This document shows positions 7,750 through 17,465 of a stretch of DNA of 64,000 bases, one piece after another. Location: the NCBI GenBank assembly GCA_965247095.1, contig OZ251997.1:1280001-1344000 (forward strand). The letters are read 5' to 3'. The position numbers were made by a program, and so were the translations under genes. Under the pieces are notes generated by a model. It saw only the letters and a list, made by a program, of their open reading frames with translations, was not told the DNA's origin and did no database searches. Position 1 is the stretch's first letter. Each line of letters begins with the position of its first letter. Origin of the DNA: Candidatus Multivorans sp. (GTDB lineage Bacteria > Acidobacteriota > Thermoanaerobaculia > Multivoradales > Multivoraceae).

Positions 7750-9735
7750 GGCACAATCTCGGGTCCGGTCACGAGGCCCCTTACGACACCTGCTGCGGCA
7801 CAGCCGGTCAAACTCCGAACTTCGGCACGTCGCTGCCGGCCTACGCCTGCGGCCACACCGACCTCACGGCAAGCCCGCAGCCTGTCCACACGATCATGAG
7901 TTACGGCCGAGTCCCTTCGGGCAGCCCGTACTCCAGGCAGGTGCCGTACTTTTCCTCCCCTGAGTTGTACAAGCCGAATGACTGGACACTAGGCGTCATC
8001 GGCGAGGCGGACAATGTACTGGCCTTCCAGGAAACGACTCTGCCACGTGCGGTCCGACTGAGTGACATTGCAGTACCGCACCCTCCGGGCCCTACCGGCT
8101 TAAGTGGGCACTGGACGGATCGGGGCAGTGTAGAACTGACGTGGGATGCGGCCAACGTCGTTAGGGTAGGAATTCGACTTGATGATGACTATTGGGATTC
8201 AGCTTGCTGCCCCGGAGCCGAAGGTTCCGGCGTGCGTGCTGTTTGGGGTGCGAGAATGGACGGCTGGATCGAGGATCCCTCCTCCCTTGAGAGGGTTGGA
8301 GTCCACCTCTCCGGATTGAGACCAGGCGGCCGGTACTCCTTCTTCGCTTGGAGCGGTTATCCCTACAGCGTGATGAGTGACGTGCTGGTGTTGGAGCCGC
8401 CAGAGGGCGGCCGGCATGGGTTTAGAAGCGCCGAGCAATGTTGCCGCGCAGGAAACGGGATCGGACAGCGTACGCCTGACCTGGGCCGACAACTCGGAAA
8501 GTGAGGACGGGTTTGAAGTCTGGTACCGCAAGTGGACCCCCGGAGATCCTCATTGGAACGACGCGGACCTGCGCTGGCGTCGCTACGGTGAACCACTGCC
8601 GGCACGTACCCGGTACGTAGATGTCGAAGGGCTGGCAGCGGAGGAGGAGATCCAGGTCACGGACAGCTACGAGAGAGCGCAGCGCGGGCGTTACTCGTTC
8701 GTGGTCGTCGCTTACAACGACATAGGGTTCAGCGCCAGCGAGACGTTCGACCTGGAGTTCATGCCCGGGCCCTATCCCGAGCCAAGGGCATCCGGAGAGA
8801 TCACGGACTGCGGCGTTCAGAGCCGCCCGACGGGAGTCGACCTGGACGGCTACCAAGTCTATGCCTGTGTGGAGACGCCGGACGGAGCTCGCCGTAGGGC
8901 TTGGGACTACCGCCTGGAGGCGGACCAGTCCCCGCTGCTCTACTTCTTCGACCGGGACAACGCGGAGGTCCTGATCAAGGTGCTGGACGGCTGCGCGATC
9001 AACGGCCATCGGTGGGTGTTCGTGGCCCCGGTGACGACCCTGGCGTTCCGGCTCCAGATCCGGGAACTCGGCCCCTACCTCGCGAACCGGAGACAGGTCT
9101 GGCACTACGACTCGGAACGTCGGCCGCAGGACAGGATTCGCCACCAAGCCGTCGGCAACCCGAAGGACAGAACGGCGCGCACGGTGAGCGACACGACGGC
9201 CTTTCCGTGCACCGCGGCGGAGATTGCGGCTGCCAGGGCGGAGTCCTCAGGTTCTGGAGACGATGCAGGACTCCTGTCACGCGGCGCGAACTCGCTGCCT
9301 GCGCTGTCGGCTGCCGCGGCGACGCCTCTCGCCGCGGGAGCGCGCACGGACTGCGCCCCCGGCGGGCCGGCGCTGACGCTGCGCGGCGGCTACACGGTGA
9401 GCATGTGCTACGAGACGTACAAATGCGAGGTCGGCGACGCGCGCGACTGGGGGCTCGATTCGAGTCAGTCGGGGCTCCTATACTTCTTCAAGCCGAACAA
9501 CGTGGAGGTGCTGATCAAGGTGCTGGACGGCTGCGGCGTCAACCGCCATCGCTGGGTGTTCGTGGCGCCCGTCACCGATCTGGCATTCAACTTGGTCGTG
9601 GAAAGCCCCGACGGCCAGCGCTGGACGCACACGAACCGTCTCGGCGTAACGGCGGACACCATGGCCGACACGTCCGCGTTCCCCTGCGCCTCGGTGGCGG
9701 CCTCCGGACCCTGACCACAGGGGGGGGAGAGACGC

Positions 9736-10483
9736 CTAGCGCTCGAACCCGCCGCCGCGGCTGAACCCCGGGTGGGCGCTGGGCCAGGGATCGCGCACGG
9801 GCCGCGGCCAGACGGTAGAGCCGGCGTAGCTGCTCCTCGAGGTGGACCAGTTCGCCCCGGTAGTAGTCCACGGCGCTCCTGAACGCCTCCTGCAGGCGAC
9901 CGGCGCGCTCGACGCGAGGGTGCGGCCGGCTGGTGCGTCGGGCCGCCCAGGCCGCCGGCCCCAGGTGGATGCCCGGCGCGCGGTCCAGCTTGGCGGCCGC
10001 CTCGAGGTCGCCGCGGCCAAGCGCCGCCTCGTACTGCTCGACCAGGGAACGGTGGTCGATCCTCTCCGGCCGGCCGGCCGGCGCGATCGAGGGCGACGTT
10101 CGTGAGGCCGCACCACTCCTCCCGCCACTGCTTGAGCAGCGCCCGGTCGTTCCAGGCGCGCTCCTTGCCGGCGAATCCGTCAGGACCGATCGCCCTGGTC
10201 GTCAGCAGGATGTGAGCGTGCGGGTTGTGGGTGTCGCCACCGTGGTAGGCGACATCGGCGATCATGCCGGCGGCAACGAACTCGTCGTGGCAGCAGCCGC
10301 GGACCAGCTCGCGGCGCTGCTGGGGCGTCAGTTCGACCGGCAGCGCGACCACGACCTCGCGGGCGACCTAGGCGTCCTTGCGCCGCTCGGCCGCCTCGAC
10401 CTGGTTCCAGAGGCGGGCGCGGTCATGCACCCAGGCCGGCGCATCCTGCGAAGCCAGGATCTCCGCGCCGTCCACGCCGCCGC
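9736..10483 (-). pseudogene. MobA/MobL (MOBQ) relaxase remnant
   Basis: APAWVHDRARLWNQVEAAERRKDA*VAREVVVALPVEL...YHGGDTHNPHAHILLTTR...RIDHRSL; in-frame TAG at 10368-10370, frameshifts, N-terminal Tyr motif missing. Confidence 0.88.
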
Positions 10484-10669
10484 GGCGCTGGACCTGGCGC
10501 TCGAGACGGACCTGCCGATCGAGGCTCCCCTCGAGGTCGCGCACGCCTTCGGACTCCTCGACTGCGACCCGGACTCGGCCGAGGCGCTGGACGTCGCCGG
10601 CCGGCCGTGGCTCGTCCTGGCGTCAGGTTCCGACGCTCGGGGTAGCATCGAAGGCATGAAGGGCCGGCG

Positions 10670-10914
10670 ATGAGCACGACAGACACGCTCCGTACGGCGG
10701 AGACGTTGACGGAGGCCGGCGTGCCGGACCGGCAGGCCGCCGCCCATGCGCAGCGATCGAGGATGCGGCGACGGAGGCGGTAGGCGACTTGGTGACGCGC
10801 GAGGACCTGCGTTCCGCCCTAGCGGAGCTTCGCGCTGACCTGTACCGCATGATGCTGATTCAGGCCGGCGTGATCATCGGCACAGTGGTCGCCCTGTTGC
10901 GGCTGATCCCCTAA
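10670..10914 (+). pseudogene. DUF1640/CCDC90-like small coiled-coil membrane protein, 1-bp frameshift at ~10752
   Basis: MSTTDTLRTAETLTEAGVPDRQAAAHA / AIEDAATEAVGDLVTREDLRSALAELRADLYRMMLIQAGVIIGTVVALLRLIP*; length 245 nt = 3n+2. Confidence 0.7.
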
Positions 10915-10979
10915 AGCGCGGCCGGGGAGACAGCGGTCCCCGCTTTCGGTTTCCGCCGCGGTGAGGCGGCCCACGCTTT

Positions 10980-12506
10980 CTACAGGCCGATCAGTCCGCC
11001 GGCGACGTAGACCCAGAACACGATCAGGACCAGGCCGATCGCGTTGAGCCACAGGCCGGCGCGGACCATCTGGGGGATGGTGATCTCCCCGGAGCCGAAC
11101 ACGATCGCGTTCGGCGGCGTGGCCACCGGCATCATGAAGGCGCAGCTCGCCGCCAGCGTGGCCGGCACGATCAGGAGCAGCGGATCCACGTTGATCGCCG
11201 CCGCCGTGGCGCCCAGGATCGGCAGGAAGGTCGCGGTCGTCGCCGTATTGCTGGTGACCTCCGTCAGCATGATGAGCAGGGTGGCGGCGCCGACGACCAG
11301 AACCAGCACCGGCATGCCCTCCAGCACCAGCAGGAGGCTTCCGATGAAGCGGTCCACGCCGGTACTGACGACCGCGGCCGCGAGGCTGAGCCCGCCCCCG
11401 AACAGCAGCAGGATCCCCCATGGCGCCTCGAGCGCCTTCTTCCAACTCAGCAGAAAGACACCCCGCCGGAAATGGACGGGCATCGCGAACAGCAACAGGC
11501 CGGCGCCGATCGCGATGCCCGGGTCGGTCAGTCCGGCCAACGGCATGGCGCCGCCGATCTCGATCTCGGCGAGCCAGGTGCGAGTGGTCCACAGGACGGC
11601 CGCCGAAACGAAGATCGCGAGCACCGCTTTCTCCGGTCCGCTGATCGGCCCCAGCTTCCGCAGCTCGCCGCGGATGAGTTCCGCACCGCCGGGCACTTCC
11701 CGGATTTGCAGCGGGTAGACGAACCGGGTGAGCACCAGCCAGGCCAGCGGCAGGAAGGACAGGGTGAGCAGGAGACCGAACGGCATCCACTGCGCAAACG
11801 TGATCTCCCGGCCGTAGGTGTCCTCCACGAACGACATCATCTGGATGTTGGGAGGGGTGCCGATCTTGGTCGCGACGCCTCCGATCGAGGCGCCGTACGC
11901 CGTCCCGAGCAGCAGATTCAGCGCGAAGGGGAACGGCTTCCCCACCGGCGCCACCTCCGGGCCGAGTCTCTGGCGGACCAGATCGATCACCGACAGGGCG
12001 ATCGGCAGCATCATGACCGTGGTGGCCGTGTTGGAGATCCACATGCTCAGGAAGGCGCTTGCGGCCATGAAGCCGAGCACCAGGCGATCCGGCCGGCTGC
12101 CGACACGAAGGATGATGTGGAGCGCCATACGGCGGTGCAGACCCCAGGTCTGCATCGAAAGGGCGATCATGAAACCGCCCAGGAAGAGAAAGATGTTCGG
12201 ATTCGCGTAGGGCGCCGCGACCCGTGCGATGCCGAGGTCCCCGCCCGTCAAGAGCGGGATCGCGACCAGCGGCAGCAGCGAGGTGACGGCCACGGGCAGG
12301 GCCTCGGTGAGCCACAACACGCCCATGAGGACCCCGGTCGCCGCCACCGCACGGCCCCCGTCGGAAAGCCCGGAGACGACCTCGCCGTTGGCATCGACAA
12401 CCGCCTCAGGGATCAGGAAGTAGGCCAGCGCCGCCAGGATCGGCGCGCCGACCAAGCCGGCCGCAACAGAAGCCCAGGGACCCCGATCGCGGCTGTGCTC
12501 AGCCAT
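10980..12506 (-). CDS. DASS/SLC13 sodium:dicarboxylate or sulfate symporter
   Basis: SMWISNTAT, IGTPPN, TSNTAT, AFMMPVATPPNAI motifs; multiple TM helices. Confidence 0.93.
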   Translation of the reverse strand: MAEHSRDRGPWASVAAGLVGAPILAALAYFLIPEAVVDANGEVVSGLSDGGRAVAATGVLMGVLWLTEALPVAVTSLLPLVAIPLLTGGDLGIARVAAPYANPNIFLFLGGFMIALSMQTWGLHRRMALHIILRVGSRPDRLVLGFMAASAFLSMWISNTATTVMMLPIALSVIDLVRQRLGPEVAPVGKPFPFALNLLLGTAYGASIGGVATKIGTPPNIQMMSFVEDTYGREITFAQWMPFGLLLTLSFLPLAWLVLTRFVYPLQIREVPGGAELIRGELRKLGPISGPEKAVLAIFVSAAVLWTTRTWLAEIEIGGAMPLAGLTDPGIAIGAGLLLFAMPVHFRRGVFLLSWKKALEAPWGILLLFGGGLSLAAAVVSTGVDRFIGSLLLVLEGMPVLVLVVGAATLLIMLTEVTSNTATTATFLPILGATAAAINVDPLLLIVPATLAASCAFMMPVATPPNAIVFGSGEITIPQMVRAGLWLNAIGLVLIVFWVYVAGGLIGL

Positions 12507-14208
12507 TCCCTGCGCCGCGGCCCTTGCGGACGTGGCGGCGGAAGTAGGACCTCGTCAAGCCGGTGACGACACCCGACAGCAGCAGCAGTGAAATCAGGTT
12601 CGGGAACGACATCAGCCCCAGGGCGACATCGCCGAAGGTCCAGACGGTCGAGAGCGGCAGCAGGCAGCCCAGGAAGAAGAAGCCGACATAGACCCAGCGG
12701 TACACAGGAATGGCTCTGGCGCCGAACAGGTACTCGGTCGAACGGTCGCCGTAGTACGACCACGAGATCGCCGTCGACACAGCGAACAGCAGCACAGACA
12801 GCGTGACGATCAGATCGCCCCGGCTTCCCGGCAGACCGAGACTGAAAGCCCGCGCCGTCAGTGGCGCTCCGGTCAGAAGCGCTCCGCCCTCGATCCTCGG
12901 CGGCTCGCCCCCGGCGCGGAGCGTTCCGTCGCCGGCGATCTCCAATCTTCCGCTCCAGGCAGCGCCCGTGCCGTCCACCAGGCGCGGCTCGGCGATCATC
13001 GAGTTCAGCACCACGAAGGAGCCGGCGGCTATCCCGTCCTGGACATCGACCGCGCCACCGCCGCGCGTCGTCCGCTCGTCCCGCGCCGAGAGCAACTCGG
13101 AGTCGTCGTCGAGCACGCGGTGGATGCCCTCGACCTCGTCGAGCCCAAAAGCCTGCGGCGTGTGGTCGCGCCACGCGTCCGTGCTGACGATGACGAGCCC
13201 CGTCATCGTGCAGATGACCAGGGTGTCGATGAACGGCTCGAGCGAGGCGACCAGCCCCTCGCGCACCGGCTCGTCGGTCCGGGCCGCCGCGTGGGCGATG
13301 GGTGCGCTGCCCTGCCCCGCCTCGTTGCTGAACAGACCGCGGCGGATGCCCCACATCATGGTCATCAGGAAGGAGCCGGCAGCGCCGCCGACCATGGAGG
13401 TGGGCCGGAACGCCTGCTCGACGATCAGGGCCAGGCTCGCAGGCACAATCTCGATGTTCAGGAGCAGGATGACCAGGGCGCCGCCGACGTAGATCACCGC
13501 CATGCCCGGCGCGAGGATCGAGGTCACCCTGCCGATGCGGCGGATACCGCCGACAATGACCACCGCCACCAGGGACGCGAAGACGAGACCGGTCCACACC
13601 GGCGCCAGACCGAACTGGGACTCGAGTTGATCGGCCATCGTGTTCGCCTGGTTCATGTTGCCGGTGCCGAAGGAGCACATCACCGCCAGACCGGCGAACA
13701 GCATCGCCATCCACTTCCAGTTCGCGCCGAGGCCCTTCTCGATGTAGTACATCGGACCGCCGGAGACCGAGCCGTCCGCATGCACCCGCCGGTAGGCGAC
13801 CGCCAGGGTGCACTCGGCGAACTTGAGCGCCATACCGAAGAACGCGGTCACCCACATCCAGAACAGGGCGCCGGGCCCCCCCATGCGGATCGCGATGGCA
13901 ACGCCGGCAATGTTCCCGATGCCGACCGTCGCCGAGAGCGCCGTCGTCAGGGCCTGGAAGTGAACCAGGTCGCCCTCGTCCTCCGGATCGTCGTACTTGC
14001 CACGCAGGATCGCCCAGGCGTGGCGAAAGCCGCGCAACTGGATCAGGCCCAGGCGCACGGTGACGAAGAGACCCGTACCCAGGAGCACCAGCGCCAGGAT
14101 CGGCGCCTGGGGCGGCGTGTTCCAGACCAGCCCCTCGAGCCAGCCGGCTACCGGTCCAAGAAGCCCGTTGATCCCGTCTGCTACCTTCCCAAACAGCTCC
14201 TCGGGCAT
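12499..14208 (-). CDS. Alanine/glycine:cation symporter (AGCS family)
   Basis: ATVGIGNIAGVA, GGPGALFWMW, GGPMYY, RGLFSNEAGQGSAP, IDTLVICTMT. Confidence 0.95.
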   Translation of the reverse strand: MPEELFGKVADGINGLLGPVAGWLEGLVWNTPPQAPILALVLLGTGLFVTVRLGLIQLRGFRHAWAILRGKYDDPEDEGDLVHFQALTTALSATVGIGNIAGVAIAIRMGGPGALFWMWVTAFFGMALKFAECTLAVAYRRVHADGSVSGGPMYYIEKGLGANWKWMAMLFAGLAVMCSFGTGNMNQANTMADQLESQFGLAPVWTGLVFASLVAVVIVGGIRRIGRVTSILAPGMAVIYVGGALVILLLNIEIVPASLALIVEQAFRPTSMVGGAAGSFLMTMMWGIRRGLFSNEAGQGSAPIAHAAARTDEPVREGLVASLEPFIDTLVICTMTGLVIVSTDAWRDHTPQAFGLDEVEGIHRVLDDDSELLSARDERTTRGGGAVDVQDGIAAGSFVVLNSMIAEPRLVDGTGAAWSGRLEIAGDGTLRAGGEPPRIEGGALLTGAPLTARAFSLGLPGSRGDLIVTLSVLLFAVSTAISWSYYGDRSTEYLFGARAIPVYRWVYVGFFFLGCLLPLSTVWTFGDVALGLMSFPNLISLLLLSGVVTGLTRSYFRRHVRKGRGAGNG

Positions 14209-14224
14209 CGAGCGTCAGCCTCCC

Positions 14225-15379
14225 CTAGCGATAGTTGGCCGGATGGCCGGTAGCGAAGACCACCACGGACTCGCCGGAACGGATGGTACCGGAGTCGCTG
14301 AGACGGGAAAGTGCCGCCATCGCCGCCGCGGTCTCGGGGCCGACCAGGAGCCCTTCCTCCGCCGCCACCCGGGCCGCCGTCGCCGCGACCTCGGCCTCCT
14401 CCACCGCCACCGCGGCGCCGCCGCTGTCCCGCAGCGCCCGCAGGATGAGGAAGTCGCCGATCGCCCTGGGCACCCGCAACCCCCATACCTCGGTGTCCGG
14501 TTCCTGCCAGGGGTCGGCGTGGTCACTGCCGGCCTCGTGGGCGCGCACGATCGGCGCGCACCCGGCCATCTGGACGACGGCGAATTTCGCCGGCGGACCG
14601 CTCAAGAGGCCGAGCCTGCGTAGCTCAGAGAACGCCTTCGCCATGCCCACGATGCCGGTGCCGCCGCCGGTGGGATAGATGATCCAGTCCGGCAGCCGCC
14701 AGCCGAACTGCTCGGCGACCTCGAAGCCCATCGTCTTCTTGCCTTCCGCACGGTACGGCTCGCGGAGGGTCGAAAGATCCCAGAAGTCGCCGCCCCGCTC
14801 CAGGAGCGCCGCGCCGGCGTCGACCAATGTCCCGCCGGCCTCGATGACCTCGGCGCCGAAGCCACGGCAACGCTCACGCACCGTTGCCGGCGTGTCCTCG
14901 GGCAAAGCCACGCGGCAGGGCAGCCCCGCGGCGGCGGCGTAGGCCGCGGCCGCCATCGCCGCGTTGCCGGCGCTCGGAAGCTGCACACCGGGGGCGCCGA
15001 GTTCCCGCGCCCGGTTCACCGCCAGCGACAGTCCCCGATCCTTGAAGGAACCGGTGGGATTGCCCGCCTCGTTCTTCAGGAAAACCCGCACTCCGTCGGG
15101 CGCCAGGCGACGAAGTCGGAGCACCGGCGTGCCGCCCTCGCCGAGATCGACCCGGCGGTGGAAGTCGACAACCGGCAGCAACTCGCGGTACCGCCACAGC
15201 GTCCACGGCCGGCTGTTCAGAGCTCCGGCGAACGTCCTGCCCCGGTTCCGGTCGAGTTCGTAGGCGACCAGCCAAGGCTTGCCAGCGGGCGACAGAAACG
15301 CCGGTTCGTCAAGCGGCCTCTGAACCCCGGTCGCGGAGCAGACGAGACCGCTGGCCCACGTGTTTCCGTTCGCCCGCAT
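14225..15379 (-). CDS. thrC: Threonine synthase (PLP fold II)
   Basis: LWRYRELLP, LGEGGTP, NPTGSFKDRG, SAGNA, EGKKTMGFE, PTGGGTG. Confidence 0.85.
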   Translation of the reverse strand: MRANGNTWASGLVCSATGVQRPLDEPAFLSPAGKPWLVAYELDRNRGRTFAGALNSRPWTLWRYRELLPVVDFHRRVDLGEGGTPVLRLRRLAPDGVRVFLKNEAGNPTGSFKDRGLSLAVNRARELGAPGVQLPSAGNAAMAAAAYAAAAGLPCRVALPEDTPATVRERCRGFGAEVIEAGGTLVDAGAALLERGGDFWDLSTLREPYRAEGKKTMGFEVAEQFGWRLPDWIIYPTGGGTGIVGMAKAFSELRRLGLLSGPPAKFAVVQMAGCAPIVRAHEAGSDHADPWQEPDTEVWGLRVPRAIGDFLILRALRDSGGAAVAVEEAEVAATAARVAAEEGLLVGPETAAAMAALSRLSDSGTIRSGESVVVFATGHPANYR

Positions 15380-15453
15380 CAGTCCTTTCCCGCTGCGGGA
15401 GGATAGCAGCAGTTCCCGCCGCCGGACCCTCAAGAAAGACACAACACACTGAG

Positions 15454-15486
15454 AAACAACAACTTAGACGCAAAACGTGCTATCAT
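15454..15486 (+). promoter_or_regulatory. AT-rich divergent promoter region: IHF-like site and extended -10
   Basis: AAACAACAACTTA (1 mismatch to WATCAANNNNTTR) at 15454-15466; TGcTATCAT at 15478-15486. Confidence 0.4.
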
Positions 15487-15523
15487 CAGCTTCTACCGTC
15501 GATCAACTTCTTCGCATCAGTCT

Positions 15524-17395
15524 ATGAGCAAACAAATCGGCAGCTTTGAGATCGTCGGCCGTCTCGAAGCCCTCGCTGGCGCCGCCTCCTACCTGGGCCG
15601 CAACTCCATTGACGGCTCCTCGGCGACGATCGACATCTGGACGCCGGAGACTCCCGACGCGCAGGCGCGCTTCCTCGAGCGGGCCACCGCCGGCGCGCGG
15701 CTCGAGCACGACGGCGTCGCCCGCATCCTCGATTTCGGCATCGACGGCGCCACCTCGTGCCGCATCGAAGAGTTCGCCGACGGTGAGACCCTCGCGGCGA
15801 AGCTCCGGCAGGCCGGCGATCTGTCGAAAGAGACTGCTCTCGCCTGGCTGGCGCAGATCGCGCGCGCCCTGGAGTACGCACACGGAATGGGCGTCGTTCA
15901 CGGCGACCTGCACCCCGGCATGGTCACGATCCGTTCCGACGGCAAGGCCCAACTGCGCGGCTTCGCCAATCCACGCACCACCGGCGAACTCCGGTACCGC
16001 GCGCCGGAACTCCTCCGCGGCGACGCGATCGATGTGCGCACCGACCTCTACGCCTTCGGCGTTCTGCTCCACCGCCTGCTGACCTACCAGCCGGGCTGGA
16101 ACCCGACCCTTCCCCGCCGGCTGAAGTGGAAGTCGCCCCAGCCGCTGAACGATCTGCCCGCGGACTTTCCGCGCCGGCTGCTCCCCGTCTTCGAGGGCTG
16201 CCTGCACGACAACCCCGCGGATCGCCTCGGAAACTTCACGTCCGTTGTCGGCGCACTCGAGGCCGCGATCCAAGATGCGGCTGAGGTCAGCGCGACCAAC
16301 GCCAATGTGACCGCGACCCACGGCGAAGCCGCCCTGCCGCCCGACGCGTCCCCGAGTTGGGCTTCAGCGACCATGGTGACCGGCCGGGACGACGATTCGG
16401 GCGCCGGACCCACGGTTGACATCCCGGTTCAGAAGTCGATCAAGGGTGATGGCCCGCTCGTCGATGTCGAGCTCCAGGGCAGCGCCTCCGGGAAGGACGG
16501 AGCGATCCCGCCCAGTCTCGAGACGGTGGCGGCCGCAATCAAGCGGCCATCGCGCTCCCGCTTCCGCCGACGCTGGTTGACGTTCGCGACCGTGGCCGGA
16601 ACCGCGCTCTGGCTCGGCGGCACTCTCTGGTGGTCCAAGGGCAGTCCGGCCGTGGCCGGTTCCGATGTCCCCGCGGCCGACGAAGAGACGATTTCCGAGC
16701 CGGCGCAACCGGGCACGGCGGGCGCGACCGGCGATGCCCGGCCCTCTGACGACCTCCATTCCCCGGCGGACGCCGCGGCGCCGGTCGGCTCGGCCGCGAG
16801 TCGGCCCGAGACAGTCCGCCCGACCAACCGCGGCACCGGCCGCCTCGCCCTGGCGCCCGCCTGGCACCCCGAGATCACCGTCTCGGTGGCAGGCGGAGAG
16901 CCTGTCGTTCTCGACCGGCGGCGGGTGTTCGAAGTCGAAGCCGGCGTCGACCACGTGCTCACGTTCGAACTCGCGACTCGCGACTACCAGATCCGGGAGC
17001 AGGTGGTGACCCAGGTCGCATCGGGCCGCCTGCTGGAAACGCCCGTGCCCCTGGTGCGACCGGGGTTCCTCAGCGTGGCTTCGGCCGAGGAGTCGGCGCG
17101 TCCAGTCTTCGTGCGCGTCGGGGATGAGGCGATCGGCTGGACACCGATCGACAGCCTGCAACTGCCGGTCGGCGCCCACGTCATCAGCATCTTCAAGAAC
17201 CCCACCTGGCGCCCCGAGGAGCGGATAGACCAGCGCATCCGGGTACGTTCCAAGCAGGAAACCACGGTGCAATTCGACCTCGAATCCGAGCCGCCGGCGT
17301 TAATCGTCGACGGACGGAGAATCGAGTACGTTCCGGTCGATGCCGAGCCCGCACCTGAGACATCGAACACGCCGGTCACCACCCCTTCGGACTGA
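15524..17395 (+). CDS. Hanks-type Ser/Thr kinase-like membrane protein (probable pseudokinase) with extracytoplasmic PEGA-like region
   Basis: ARFLERA...HDGVARILDFG, ALEYAHGMGVVHGDLHP, YRAPE, DLYAFGVLL; one TM helix after RRRW. Confidence 0.8.
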   Translation: MSKQIGSFEIVGRLEALAGAASYLGRNSIDGSSATIDIWTPETPDAQARFLERATAGARLEHDGVARILDFGIDGATSCRIEEFADGETLAAKLRQAGDLSKETALAWLAQIARALEYAHGMGVVHGDLHPGMVTIRSDGKAQLRGFANPRTTGELRYRAPELLRGDAIDVRTDLYAFGVLLHRLLTYQPGWNPTLPRRLKWKSPQPLNDLPADFPRRLLPVFEGCLHDNPADRLGNFTSVVGALEAAIQDAAEVSATNANVTATHGEAALPPDASPSWASATMVTGRDDDSGAGPTVDIPVQKSIKGDGPLVDVELQGSASGKDGAIPPSLETVAAAIKRPSRSRFRRRWLTFATVAGTALWLGGTLWWSKGSPAVAGSDVPAADEETISEPAQPGTAGATGDARPSDDLHSPADAAAPVGSAASRPETVRPTNRGTGRLALAPAWHPEITVSVAGGEPVVLDRRRVFEVEAGVDHVLTFELATRDYQIREQVVTQVASGRLLETPVPLVRPGFLSVASAEESARPVFVRVGDEAIGWTPIDSLQLPVGAHVISIFKNPTWRPEERIDQRIRVRSKQETTVQFDLESEPPALIVDGRRIEYVPVDAEPAPETSNTPVTTPSD

Positions 17396-17465
17396 CCCGG
17401 ATTCGGCGGCCATGGCCGGCGGATGCTGTCGTCTGACCGCGAAGTCGCCGTAGACTGCTACCGGC

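Larger units (their letters stand above)
4105..9714 (+). pseudogene. Large secreted-type reprolysin-like (metzincin) metallopeptidase with FN3-like and two C-terminal repeat domains; N-terminus lost, two IS insertions, frameshift at ~8406
   Basis: Removing the IS4 (9-bp TSD) and IS1182-like element (CTAG TSD) restores one frame: LFTVQD|GHLVGWFGEPGGP...DILVVF...VFAHDL|GHNLGSGHE...TIMSYG; then APSNVAA...VRLTWADNSESEDGFEVW (FN3-like). Confidence 0.88.

Noticed and set aside
9720-9727. G8 tract as a phase-variation switch
   Set aside because: Intergenic between two convergent pseudogene 3' ends, with nothing to switch.
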